Below are positions 1 through 9,692 of a stretch of 64,000 nucleotides of DNA, piece after piece. Both the position numbers and the translations under genes were made by a program. Every line of letters starts with the position of its first letter. The stretch's first letter is position 1. Under the pieces are notes generated by a model. The model worked only from the letters and a program-made list of their open reading frames with translations. It searched no databases and had not been told where the DNA came from. Origin of the DNA: Patescibacteria group bacterium (GTDB lineage: Bacteria > Patescibacteriota > CPR2 > UBA1875); assembly GCA_041737595.1 (NCBI GenBank), contig JBGSRK010000005.1, positions 1,610 to 65,609 of the forward strand, written 5' to 3'.

Positions 1-465
1 CTTAATTTTGTATCCTTTTATCAACTTTTGGTTCAGACCTAAATTCGACATGACTTGAGCTGCGAAATCCTCATCTGCTATCCTCATCATCATTTCTTTA
101 CTTGTTTTTTGGGAAAGAATGTTCAGACTTCCCGCCCAAACGACCTTACGATCAATTATGGCTACCTTTTCATGAATAAAGCCTTCAATATATGTAATGT
201 ATGCTCCGAGTTCTTTGTAGTCTTGAATGGCCGATATGATCTCTTCCTGCACATATTCTTCATGCTCTAAAACAGGGCGCGTAAATATGAAGACATGAAC
301 GTTTTTTTGTTTTAGTCTAAGTAGCGTTCTCTTAAGGAAATCGGCCCTGTATTTACTGATAAAGGGACTATAAATAATTACTTCATTCTCAGCCTTTAGT
401 ACATCTCTGATAAAAGCTGGGTAAAAAGTTGTTTCGTTATATAAGTTAGGTGTTATATTCGTCAT
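1..465 (-). CDS. PLD-superfamily (HKD motif) nuclease/phosphodiesterase-like protein, partial (3' end beyond window start)
   Basis: Minus-strand ORF with ATG at 465 and RBS AAAGGAAAA upstream; no stop before position 1. Translation contains HEKVAIIDRKVVWAGSLNI, a perfect HxKx4Dx6GSxN PLD signature. It is not in the ORF track because it runs off the window. Confidence 0.7.
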   Translation of the reverse strand, partial: MTNITPNLYNETTFYPAFIRDVLKAENEVIIYSPFISKYRADFLKRTLLRLKQKNVHVFIFTRPVLEHEEYVQEEIISAIQDYKELGAYITYIEGFIHEKVAIIDRKVVWAGSLNILSQKTSKEMMMRIADEDFAAQVMSNLGLNQKLIKGYKIK

Positions 466-539
466 ATTTTTCCTTTCATATTTAATTAATCTGTCATCCC
501 GTTCTAGCCATATTTTGAATAACTTGCTATAATATCGCC

Positions 540-746
540 ATGACCAATGAGAAAGTCCGTAAAGATTTTGGCAGTCAACTTAAGCATGCGAGAGAGAAGA
601 CTGGCCTGACCCAAGCACAGGTAGCCGAAAAATCGGGTATCAATATTAGCTATTATGCCAAGATTGAACGAGGAGAGGTCAATACATCTATCGAGAAACT
701 TCATAACATTATGAAAGTTTTGAAGATTAAATCGTTGGATATTTAA
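540..746 (+). CDS. XRE-family helix-turn-helix transcriptional regulator
   Basis: 68 aa with LTQAQVAEKSGINISYYAKIERGE, the classic Cro/C1 HTH. Divergent from the PLD-like gene. Confidence 0.8.
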   Translation: MTNEKVRKDFGSQLKHAREKTGLTQAQVAEKSGINISYYAKIERGEVNTSIEKLHNIMKVLKIKSLDI

Positions 747-842
747 TTTCAGATACATCAATCAGCCCCGTATGCCTGCATTAGTAGGGTAATCCACTCC
801 ATAAGGTGTTCGAAACAAAGTGCATCAGGGCTACCAAAAAAT

Positions 843-1775
843 ATGAAAAAAATAATTTATATTATAATTCCTTTATTAATATTCATCACACTAGTAGTGT
901 TATTTTTGAGTTTTAAAAATAATACTCAAGTAAAATCTGAAAGCAATAAATCGTTTCTTGCAAAAATTGCAGAGGATAAAAAGATTAATGAGAATACAAA
1001 AAAGTATCAGCCGAAAGAAACAAAAAAAACTGTTGAAGAGGGGATTGATGTTTCGGCCGTCTCAGCTATTTTGGTTGACGAAAACACAAATGAAATTATT
1101 TATCAAAAAAATCCAAAAGAAAAGAAACCCCCAGCTTCAATTATAAAAATGTTAACCTTCTCACTAGCTCTAGAATTTTTTAAAGAAGATGAATATATTA
1201 AAATTACACAATATGCTTCTGAACAGATTTCTAACAAAATTAATATGAAACCAGGTGAAGAATTAAAAGTTTCAGATATTTTATATGGAATGATGATGAT
1301 TTCTGCTAATGATGCCGCATATGCAATTGCAGATGCAGTACCAGGCAAATTTAATGCATTTATAAAAAAGGCCAATGAAAAGGTTAGACTTCTTGGTCTT
1401 ACTGATACAGTTATGAAAAACCCAGCTGGGCTTGACGAGGAAGGACAAATTTCTACTGCATTTGATATGGCGACAATTACAAGATATACATTACTTGAAC
1501 ACCCGAAAGTTATTGATTATGCTGGGGAAACTAAAGAACATTCTGTTTATGCTACAGAAAAAAATGAACCACATTGGTGGTTTGGGCATCTTTCTGCAAT
1601 GCTAAAAAGATATCCAGGTATGATTGCAGCAAAAACGGGTTATACTGACGAAGCAAGATCTACTTTTATTGGAATCGCGGAAAGAGATGGGCGGAGACTT
1701 GTTATTGTTATTCTTGGATCAAGTGATGCGAATAATGATGTTACTAGAATTTTGGATTATGGGTTTTCTCATTAA
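843..1775 (+). CDS. D-alanyl-D-alanine carboxypeptidase (serine-type, S11/PBP5-like)
   Basis: N-terminal TM segment; SxxK (ASIIKM), SxN (SAND) and KTG (KTGYT) motifs. Confidence 0.8.
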   Translation: MKKIIYIIIPLLIFITLVVLFLSFKNNTQVKSESNKSFLAKIAEDKKINENTKKYQPKETKKTVEEGIDVSAVSAILVDENTNEIIYQKNPKEKKPPASIIKMLTFSLALEFFKEDEYIKITQYASEQISNKINMKPGEELKVSDILYGMMMISANDAAYAIADAVPGKFNAFIKKANEKVRLLGLTDTVMKNPAGLDEEGQISTAFDMATITRYTLLEHPKVIDYAGETKEHSVYATEKNEPHWWFGHLSAMLKRYPGMIAAKTGYTDEARSTFIGIAERDGRRLVIVILGSSDANNDVTRILDYGFSH

Positions 1776-1824
1776 TTAGAAATTTTTACCTTTTGATTTT
1801 ATGTTTTTAACATTATAATTATAA

Positions 1825-3486
1825 ATGGAGGGGAATCTGGAAAAATATTATAAATCTATTAGAATATGGCTTACGGCTTTTCATCTTTCTGTAATAATTG
1901 CTTATGGTCTTATTCTTTTTTTTACTGATTGGGAGATTCTTAGATATGCTGGGTTTCGAATTGCAGCAATATATGGATTATTTGGATTTATCGGTTATTT
2001 TATTTTAAATAAATGGGAAGAGAAAATGCCAAAAGATATTTTTGAGTTAACTTTTCTTTCAGTATTTGTTTATATATTTTTTATTGTCGATTTTTTTGGT
2101 GGACCTGACAGCTTTTTATTCCCGATATTATATGTTGTGTTAATTAGTTGTTATTATTACCACAAGTTATGGGGGTATATTGCTAGTGCATTTTGTATCG
2201 GTTATTTAATTTTACATGGAGCGATTATTTCTACAGAATTAATTAGTAATCCTGGTAAATATTTAGGACTTGTTGTATCATTTTTACTTGTTTCTGTTGC
2301 AGGTTATATTATGAGCAAAAAAACGTCTGAGATTTCAAACAAAAATGAATCTTTAACAGAACTTGCGTCAAAAGTAACAGCCGAAAAATCACAAGATGAA
2401 GCAGTCCTTACTGCGATAGCAGATGGAGTTTATGCAGTAGATATGGATAGAAATCTTGTACTTCTTAATAAAGCCGCAACAGGGTTAACAAACTGGGAAG
2501 AAAAAGATGCACTAGGGTTAAAATGTTCGACAGTTATGAAATTAATAAATGATGGGGATGTATCTGTGTGTGAAAAAGATTGTCCTGCGATGGCAGTCTG
2601 GAATACTGGAGAACCAGTATTTAGAGCAGATACCTGTTTTGTAAATAAAAAATCAAAGAAAAGAATTCAGCTTTCATCATCATATGCACCTATAAAAGAT
2701 TTTCAGGGAAATATGTCTGGTGCAATTTGTGTTTTCCGTGATATCACAAAAGAGAAAGAGGTTGAAAGACTTAGAAATGAGTTCGTTTCAACGGCCTCAC
2801 ATGAGTTAAGAACACCAATCACAGCGACAGAAGGATATATTTCAATCGTAACTGATTCTGGTATGTGTAAAGTTGATGGAAAAAGTAAGGAATATCTTGG
2901 AAAAGCAAAGAATACTCTTCTTTCAATGTCAAAATTAATTCAAAATCTTTTAGCTGTTACAAAGATTGAGGAGGGGAAGTTAGAGACAAATATTACCAGC
3001 TTTTCAATACATGACCTTGTTAAAGAGGTGATAGATGTATTTCTAAAAAAATCACAAGATAAAAATATTAGTCTTGAGATAGTTGATTCTAAAGATTTAA
3101 CCCTAAAAGGAAAGAAAGTAGTTGGTCGTTCTTTAAATGTAAAAGCCGATATGGAGATGTTAAGAGAAGTAATAAATAATCTAGTTGAGAATGCAATTAA
3201 ATTTACAGAAAAGGGAGGGGTGTCAGTATCAATAGATTATGATGAGGAATTCGCTACTGTAAATATTTCAGATACTGGTATGGGGATGCAAAAGGATGCT
3301 CAAAAACATCTATTTGAAAAATTTTATAGGATTGATAATACGGCAACTAGAGAAGTAGGGGGGACGGGCCTTGGCCTTTATATCACTAGATCTATCGTAG
3401 AAACTTTTGGTGGAAGGATATGGGTAGAATCAATTGTGGGGAAGGGTTCAACCTTTCATTTCACAGTTCCTTTGACTCTTGACTAG
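1825..3486 (+). CDS. Sensor histidine kinase with membrane N-terminus and PAS domain
   Basis: Multiple TM helices, then a PAS-like region, the H-box FVSTASHELRTPIT, and HATPase_c G-boxes (GGTGLGL). Confidence 0.85.
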   Translation: MEGNLEKYYKSIRIWLTAFHLSVIIAYGLILFFTDWEILRYAGFRIAAIYGLFGFIGYFILNKWEEKMPKDIFELTFLSVFVYIFFIVDFFGGPDSFLFPILYVVLISCYYYHKLWGYIASAFCIGYLILHGAIISTELISNPGKYLGLVVSFLLVSVAGYIMSKKTSEISNKNESLTELASKVTAEKSQDEAVLTAIADGVYAVDMDRNLVLLNKAATGLTNWEEKDALGLKCSTVMKLINDGDVSVCEKDCPAMAVWNTGEPVFRADTCFVNKKSKKRIQLSSSYAPIKDFQGNMSGAICVFRDITKEKEVERLRNEFVSTASHELRTPITATEGYISIVTDSGMCKVDGKSKEYLGKAKNTLLSMSKLIQNLLAVTKIEEGKLETNITSFSIHDLVKEVIDVFLKKSQDKNISLEIVDSKDLTLKGKKVVGRSLNVKADMEMLREVINNLVENAIKFTEKGGVSVSIDYDEEFATVNISDTGMGMQKDAQKHLFEKFYRIDNTATREVGGTGLGLYITRSIVETFGGRIWVESIVGKGSTFHFTVPLTLD

Positions 3487-3551
3487 ACCATACAGGGATT
3501 AGTGTTGACAATAATATAAGTAAAAATCATAATGAATTAAGGAGAAATTAA

Positions 3552-3920
3552 ATGTCAAAAATAATGATAGTTGAGGATGACCCAACCCTAAGAGATATAT
3601 ACACTACAAGATTTACAGCTGAAGGGTATACTGTAATTTCTGCTTCTGATGGTGAAGCCGCACTATCAATAGCTGTTAAGGAACAACCAAATTTAATCCT
3701 TCTTGATATAATGATGCCAAAAATTTCAGGTTTCGATGTACTTGATATTTTACGTGCAACACCTGAAACAAAAGAAACAAAGATCATTGTTATGAGCGCA
3801 CTTTCTCAAACTGCCGATATTGAGAAAGGTAAAAGTTTAGGAGCGAATGCTTATCTTGTTAAATCACAGGTAACACTGACTGAAGTTGTTGAAAAAGTTA
3901 AAGCAGTTATTGCTTCATAA
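3552..3920 (+). CDS. Single-domain response regulator (CheY-like receiver)
   Basis: 122 aa, MIVEDD...LLDIMMP receiver motifs, no output domain. RBS GGAGA upstream. Confidence 0.85.
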   Translation: MSKIMIVEDDPTLRDIYTTRFTAEGYTVISASDGEAALSIAVKEQPNLILLDIMMPKISGFDVLDILRATPETKETKIIVMSALSQTADIEKGKSLGANAYLVKSQVTLTEVVEKVKAVIAS

Positions 3921-3932
3921 TATAAAATATTT

Positions 3933-3962
3933 AAAAGTCACTTATCGTAAGGTGGCTTTTTG
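3933..3962 (+). terminator. Rho-independent terminator after the response regulator
   Basis: Hairpin AAAAGTCAC...GTGGCTTTTT followed by T-run. Confidence 0.5.
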
Positions 3963-4059
3963 ATTGTATTTAAGCACAAATAGACTATAATAATATATAA
4001 GATCATATTATATTGATTTAAAAATTAAGCTTAATTTTACACCAATCTTTAGGGGGATA

Positions 4060-4755
4060 ATGTACGAAATAAAGGTAGAAAAATTTGAAGGACCACTTGA
4101 TCTTCTATTAGAACTAATAGTAGATGAAAAACTTGATATTACAGAAGTTTCTCTATCTGCTATAACTGATAAATATTTAGCCGAAGTGTCTGGGCTTGAT
4201 CCAAAAACTCACGATGTTGCTGAATTTTTAGTTATAGCTGCACGTCTTATATATTTAAAATCTAAGGCAATATTACCAACTATTGAAACGCCAGAAGAAG
4301 AGGCAGAAATAGAAGACCTTAAAGCAAAATTGGAAATATATAAAAAGTATAAAGACGCTGCAAAAGAATTTGGGAACATATTAAATAAAAATCAACGATC
4401 ATTCCCGGCAAAAACTCCAAAAAAGATAATAAATACTTTTACTGCACCAAAAGGTATCGAACTTAAAGATATGTGGAGTATTTTTCAAAGATTACTAAAA
4501 GATATGCCTGAAGAGTTAAAGAGAGAACAAGTTGAATTACCTTCAGAGAAGATTACGGTAGAAGATAAACTAGCAGATCTTGAATTAATTTTTAAAGCGA
4601 AGAAAAAACATACTTTTTCTTCGCTACTTAAAAAATCAAAATCCAAGCTAGACGCAATCATTACCTTTTTAGCAATATTAGAACTAGTTAAATGTAAAAA
4701 AATTAGAGTTGCCCAAACATCAAATTTTAAAGATATTGGATTGGAGATTTTATGA
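4060..4755 (+). CDS. scpA: Segregation and condensation protein A
   Basis: MYEIKVEKFEGPLDLLLELI N-terminus typical of ScpA; RBS GGGGGA. Confidence 0.85.
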   Translation: MYEIKVEKFEGPLDLLLELIVDEKLDITEVSLSAITDKYLAEVSGLDPKTHDVAEFLVIAARLIYLKSKAILPTIETPEEEAEIEDLKAKLEIYKKYKDAAKEFGNILNKNQRSFPAKTPKKIINTFTAPKGIELKDMWSIFQRLLKDMPEELKREQVELPSEKITVEDKLADLELIFKAKKKHTFSSLLKKSKSKLDAIITFLAILELVKCKKIRVAQTSNFKDIGLEIL

Positions 4756-5303
4756 AGAAAGATAATGAAAAAATAAAGAGTTTTATAGAATCAATATTAC
4801 TTGTAGCAGAAAAACCAGTTTCAATAAAAGAATTATCTTCTTCTATCGGCCAAATGAATAGTGAGATTCAAAAAGCACTTACTGAATTAATTAATGAATA
4901 TAAAAATAAAGGTATTAAGATTATTAAAAAAGGGGAGTACTTTTCACTTGTTACAGACCCAGAAAATTCTGAAATTGTTGGAAAATTTTTAAATGAAGAG
5001 TTAAGACATGACCTTTCAGACGCGGCGATTGAAACCCTTTCAGTAATAACATACAAACAACCCGTTACCAGAGTCGAGATTGAAGATATTAGAGGAGTTC
5101 AATCTGATCAGCTTTTAAGAAACTTAATGATAAGAGGTCTAATAACAGAAGTTGGGCGAAAAGAAACTCCCGGAAGACCAATCCTTTATGGGACTACTAT
5201 GGAATTTATGCAATATTTCGGCTTTTCTAATGAATCTCAAATCCCAGAATTTAAAGAACCAGTTTCTGAGGAGCTGTTTAATAATATAGACACTATTACT
5301 TAA
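4752..5303 (+). CDS. scpB: Segregation and condensation protein B
   Basis: Overlaps the scpA stop by 4 nt; ScpB-like winged-helix protein in the conserved scpAB arrangement. Confidence 0.8.
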   Translation: MKKDNEKIKSFIESILLVAEKPVSIKELSSSIGQMNSEIQKALTELINEYKNKGIKIIKKGEYFSLVTDPENSEIVGKFLNEELRHDLSDAAIETLSVITYKQPVTRVEIEDIRGVQSDQLLRNLMIRGLITEVGRKETPGRPILYGTTMEFMQYFGFSNESQIPEFKEPVSEELFNNIDTIT

Positions 5304-5329
5304 TAATATTTTATAGAGGGCTTATCTTT

Positions 5330-6010
5330 ATGAGAATCAATAGATATATTGCAAGATCAGGAATAACCTCTCGCCGTAAAGCTGAGGAACTTATTCTTTC
5401 TGGCAAAGTATCAGTTGATGATAAAATTATAACCACACTCGCAACTGAAGTTGATGAAAAAAAATCTATTGTAAAAATTGATGGAAAAATAATATTACTT
5501 TCTAAACATATTTATTATCTTTTTAATAAACCAGTTGGTTATACTACTACAAAAAGTGATCCATACGCTCTACATACAATTTATGAATTATTACCAAAAA
5601 ATAATTCCCTTTTCGCTGTAGGTCGACTGGATCGTAACACTGCTGGTCTTATTTTAATTACTAACGATGGTAATTTTGCACAGAATATTATCCACCCAAA
5701 AATGAAAATCGAAAAAGAATATATTATAAGAACAAGGTTTCCTATTACTCGCGATCAATTAGATTTACTCGAAGGTGGGATTGAACTAGATGATGGGTTT
5801 GCAAAAATAAACTCTGTAAAAAAAATAAATGATAAAGAACTTTCTTTAATAATAGAGATGGGAAGAAATAGAATAGTAAGAAGATTAATCAAAGCAACTG
5901 GGAATGAGGTTTCTGGTTTGTTAAGAAATCGCATAGGGAAGATAGTTTTAAATATACCTGTTGGAAAATATAGAGAACTTACACAGAAAGAGGTTAAAGA
6001 TTTTATCTAA
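5330..6010 (+). CDS. RsuA/RluB-family pseudouridine synthase with S4 domain
   Basis: S4 RNA-binding N-terminus (ARSGITSRRKAEELI) and catalytic GRLDRNTAGLIL motif. Confidence 0.85.
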   Translation: MRINRYIARSGITSRRKAEELILSGKVSVDDKIITTLATEVDEKKSIVKIDGKIILLSKHIYYLFNKPVGYTTTKSDPYALHTIYELLPKNNSLFAVGRLDRNTAGLILITNDGNFAQNIIHPKMKIEKEYIIRTRFPITRDQLDLLEGGIELDDGFAKINSVKKINDKELSLIIEMGRNRIVRRLIKATGNEVSGLLRNRIGKIVLNIPVGKYRELTQKEVKDFI

Positions 6011-6926
6011 TTATTTTTTTGGAATATTATTAATAGTAATTTCAATATTACCTAGCTCTTCTTTTAAAACAAATATTGATAATTTTGCAAAACGAAAAAT
6101 TGCAAAAACAATTGATCAATCAAATATTAGAGATGATATTAATGTATTAATACCTCAAGTACCAGAAAAAAATATTTTATATGAGAAAATAACAGTTGGG
6201 GCTAAATCTGCTGTTTTTATTGATAGGGATTCTGGGGAAATACTTTTTGAAAAAAATATGAATAGTAGATTACCCATGGCATCTACTACAAAATTAATGA
6301 CGGCATTAATCGTTTATGAAAATTTAAAAATGGATGAAATTATTACTGTCCCAAAATTAACAACAAGACCTCTTGATTCAGTAATGGGAATAAAGGAAGG
6401 TCAAAAATTCACAACACTTGATTTACTCCATGGTCTATTAATAGAATCTGGTTCTGACGCTGCTAACACTTTAGTCACAACTGTTTCGAACAATGAAAAT
6501 AGTTTTGCCGCACTAATGAATGAAAAGGCTAGTCTTTTTGGTCTGACAAATACTCAGTTCACAAATTCAATTGGTTATGATTCAAGTGGACATTATACAA
6601 CTGCATATGATCTTGCAAAACTATCTAAAATTTTTTTAGAAAACAAATTACTATCTAATATTGTAAGTAAATCTTCATATATTGCTACCTCAGAATCTGG
6701 AGAAAAATTTTATTTAAATAATACTAATCAACTATTAAATGGTAGCACTTATAAGGGTCTCAAAACTGGAACAACATTTTCAGCTGGTGAGTGTCTTATT
6801 TCATATTATGAAAAAGATAATCAAAAAATAATTGGCGTTGTTCTTAATAGCCCTTCGAGGTTTTATGAAAGTGACAAAATAATTAAGTGGGCAAAAAATA
6901 ATTTTACTTGGGGCGGTAATAATTAA
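5961..6926 (+). CDS. D-alanyl-D-alanine carboxypeptidase (second paralog); start uncertain, ORF overlaps upstream gene by 50 nt
   Basis: SxxK (ASTTKLM), SxN (SGSDAA), KTG (KTGTT). Hydrophobic signal/TM near the N-terminus. No in-frame ATG after 6010. Confidence 0.75.
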   Translation: MENIENLHRKRLKILSNYFFGILLIVISILPSSSFKTNIDNFAKRKIAKTIDQSNIRDDINVLIPQVPEKNILYEKITVGAKSAVFIDRDSGEILFEKNMNSRLPMASTTKLMTALIVYENLKMDEIITVPKLTTRPLDSVMGIKEGQKFTTLDLLHGLLIESGSDAANTLVTTVSNNENSFAALMNEKASLFGLTNTQFTNSIGYDSSGHYTTAYDLAKLSKIFLENKLLSNIVSKSSYIATSESGEKFYLNNTNQLLNGSTYKGLKTGTTFSAGECLISYYEKDNQKIIGVVLNSPSRFYESDKIIKWAKNNFTWGGNN

Positions 6927-7190
6927 ATGCAAAAAGAATTATGGTACGTTTATATTATAGAATGCCTAAATGGAAGATATTATACTGGGATAACAAAGAA
7001 TGTAGAGGAGAGGTTCAAAAAGCACAAATCAGGTAAGGGGGCACGCTTTACAACCAGAAATCCAGTAAAAGCAGTGATTTATACAAAAAAATGTGGTAGA
7101 ATGAGCGACGCGCTTAAGAAAGAATCAGAAATTAAAAAATTAAGCCGAACTGAGAAAGAAAATTTAGTGAATAGTTCTATATCAAAATAG
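6927..7190 (+). CDS. GIY-YIG nuclease-domain protein (UPF0213/YhbQ-like)
   Basis: 87 aa; WYVYIIECLNGRYYTGITKNVEERFKKH matches the GIY-YIG core. Confidence 0.8.
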   Translation: MQKELWYVYIIECLNGRYYTGITKNVEERFKKHKSGKGARFTTRNPVKAVIYTKKCGRMSDALKKESEIKKLSRTEKENLVNSSISK

Positions 7191-7227
7191 AAAAAATAAA
7201 TAAAATTTTTTATATCAAGGATAATAA

Positions 7228-8559
7228 ATGAAAAAAATACCAAATATAGTTATAATCGGTCGTCCAAACGTAGGGAAGTCATCACTTTTCAATCGATTAG
7301 TACACTCCCGTAAGGCCATTGTCCATGATGTTGCAGGTACTACAAGAGATATAGTTTCTGAAACAGTAGAATATTCTGGGAAAAAAATAAAACTTCATGA
7401 TACAGCCGGATATCTTCGTGATAAAGATGAGCTTTCTGAAAGAGCATACGAAAAAATCAAAGAAGCTGTTGATTTTTCTGATTCCTTAATTTTAACTGTT
7501 GATGGGAATGTAGGTGCAACAAATATTGATAAAGTAATTGCTGATATTGCAAGAAAATCTGGTAAAGAAATCTTTTTAGTTATAAATAAAATAGATAACA
7601 ATAGAATTCCTGAAAGTGTAGATGATTATAAAAAATTTGGTTTTAAAAATACTTTTTTAATTTCTGCTATCCATAATATTGGAATGGATGATTTTTTATC
7701 TGCACTTTTTGAAAATATTAAAATAACCAAAGAAATTGAAAATGATATTATCCCTGACAAAATAAGAATTGCAATAGTTGGGAGACCAAACGTAGGGAAA
7801 AGTTCTTTACTTAACGCAATAATTAAAAAAGAAAAAGCTATAGTTTCAAGTATTCCTGGGACTACAAGAGATATAGTCTCTGAGGAATTTATTAAAGATG
7901 ATATTGTTATGACTGTTTCAGATACTGCTGGAGCTAGAAAACCTGGGAAAATAGGTAAAGCCTATAAAAAAGGTGAGCCAGTTGAAAAATATTCTTTTTT
8001 AAGAACAAAAAGAGAAGTGGAAAAATCAGATATTACTCTTGTTGTCATAGATGCTTCTGAAAGAATCGCAGCGCAAGATCTTCATATCGCGGGTGATGCA
8101 AAAGAATTAGGTAAAGGCATAATACTTGTTATAAATAAATGGGACTTAGTAAAAGAAACTGCTCAGGATAAATTTTTAGCACGTTTAAGATATCATTTTA
8201 ATTTTATGATTTGGGTGCCTGCTATTTTTGTTTCCGCTAAAACTGGTAGAAATATTGATGAAATAGTTGAAATTATAAAAACAGTTTCTAAAAACCAAAG
8301 AACTGAGATTAATACATCTAAATTAAATAGAATAGTTGAAGAATTTGCTCTTAATAATACCGTCAAAGGGCTTGGGACATTTAGACCAAAACTATTTTTT
8401 GCTTCACAAACAGATAAAATCCCACCTACTTTTACTATAACTGCAAAATTTCATGAGTTTATCCATTTTGCTTGGAGAAGAGCTCTCGAAAATGAATTGA
8501 GAAGACATTTTGATTTTACGGGGACACCGATTAAAATAGAATTTAAGGCAAAACGATGA
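7228..8559 (+). CDS. der: Ribosome-biogenesis GTPase Der (EngA), tandem GTPase domains + KH-like C-terminus
   Basis: Two G1 motifs GRPNVGKSS, DTAG G3 motifs and NKxD. Confidence 0.9.
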   Translation: MKKIPNIVIIGRPNVGKSSLFNRLVHSRKAIVHDVAGTTRDIVSETVEYSGKKIKLHDTAGYLRDKDELSERAYEKIKEAVDFSDSLILTVDGNVGATNIDKVIADIARKSGKEIFLVINKIDNNRIPESVDDYKKFGFKNTFLISAIHNIGMDDFLSALFENIKITKEIENDIIPDKIRIAIVGRPNVGKSSLLNAIIKKEKAIVSSIPGTTRDIVSEEFIKDDIVMTVSDTAGARKPGKIGKAYKKGEPVEKYSFLRTKREVEKSDITLVVIDASERIAAQDLHIAGDAKELGKGIILVINKWDLVKETAQDKFLARLRYHFNFMIWVPAIFVSAKTGRNIDEIVEIIKTVSKNQRTEINTSKLNRIVEEFALNNTVKGLGTFRPKLFFASQTDKIPPTFTITAKFHEFIHFAWRRALENELRRHFDFTGTPIKIEFKAKR

Positions 8560-9053
8560 AAATTAGATTTCCTAAAATTAATGACTATGGAGATTATACT
8601 AAATTAATTAATAGCATTATTGATGAAGGAGAATATACAGCTCTTTCAAAAAAAATATCAGAAGAAGATGAAAAAAGATGGTTAGAAGATATTTTAGATA
8701 AAATTAAAAATAAAAAAGTTTTAGTTATTTGTGCTGAAAAAGATGGTTTAATTATTGGACATGTTTCGGTTACAAAGGGGACGGGGGCTAACTCTCATAT
8801 TGGAACTTTAGGATTAATTATCCACCCAAATTATAGAAGAGGTGGAGTAGGATCAAACCTTTTAAATGAGGCTCTAGCCATTTCAAAAGAATTTATTAAT
8901 GTTGATATTATTAATTTACAAGTGAGAAAAGGGAATGATGGAGCACAAGGATTTTATAAAAAATTAAAATTTCTAAAATATGGCGAATTGAAAAATGGCC
9001 TTATAATAAATAATAAAAATTATGATACTATATTTATGTATAAGGAGATTTAA
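8556..9053 (+). CDS. GNAT-family N-acetyltransferase
   Basis: 165 aa with the RRGGVGSNLL acetyl-CoA binding motif; 4-nt overlap with der. Confidence 0.7.
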   Translation: MKIRFPKINDYGDYTKLINSIIDEGEYTALSKKISEEDEKRWLEDILDKIKNKKVLVICAEKDGLIIGHVSVTKGTGANSHIGTLGLIIHPNYRRGGVGSNLLNEALAISKEFINVDIINLQVRKGNDGAQGFYKKLKFLKYGELKNGLIINNKNYDTIFMYKEI

Positions 9054-9629
9054 ATGATACTTGTAGTAGGGCTCGGAAACCCAGAAAAAAAGTATGAAGA
9101 AACACGACACAATATTGGCTTTAGGGTTTTGGATGTATTTGCAAAGGAAGTAAAAGCTGATTTCAAAATATCAGAAAAATTTAATTCAGAAATAGCTGAG
9201 TCAACATTAACTTTTCCGGGTGAGAAAAAGCATGCCAAGGTTTTACTTATAAAACCTCAAACATACATGAATAATTCAGGAGATGCAGTTTCAAAAGTGG
9301 TTAATTTTTATAAATTAAGGACCGAGGATCAAATAATAATTATTCACGATGATTTAGATATAGAACTTGGGAAAATTAGAATTAGGCTTAGTGGTTCTTC
9401 AGCTGGACAAAAAGGGATTCAGTCAATTATAGATAAAATTGGGACAGATAAATTTATCCGATTTAGAATTGGTATAAAACCAGAAGGTGGTCAATTAAAA
9501 CCAGCTGAGAAATTTGTTCTAGAAAAATTTACTACAACTGAAAAAAGGGTTATAAGTGAAAAAATAAATGAAACAGTTAAATTGTTATTTGAATCAATTG
9601 ACAATGGTGTAATACAGACTAGTATTTAG
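9054..9629 (+). CDS. pth: Peptidyl-tRNA hydrolase
   Basis: MILVVGLGNPEKKYEETRHNIGF is the canonical Pth N-terminus. Confidence 0.9.
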   Translation: MILVVGLGNPEKKYEETRHNIGFRVLDVFAKEVKADFKISEKFNSEIAESTLTFPGEKKHAKVLLIKPQTYMNNSGDAVSKVVNFYKLRTEDQIIIIHDDLDIELGKIRIRLSGSSAGQKGIQSIIDKIGTDKFIRFRIGIKPEGGQLKPAEKFVLEKFTTTEKRVISEKINETVKLLFESIDNGVIQTSI

Positions 9630-9649
9630 TCATCATATATTTATATATA

Positions 9650-9692
9650 ACAAAAAGACAGCCCAGGGGGATGAGACTGTCTTTTTGTTTTC
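9650..9692 (+). terminator. Rho-independent terminator of pth
   Basis: Inverted repeat AAAAAGACAG...CTGTCTTTTT (10 bp) followed by TTTTGTTTT. Confidence 0.7.

Noticed and set aside
55-270. 71-aa plus-strand ORF
   Set aside because: Lies antisense inside the minus-strand PLD-like gene, which has a clear RBS and a conserved HKD motif; no RBS of its own.
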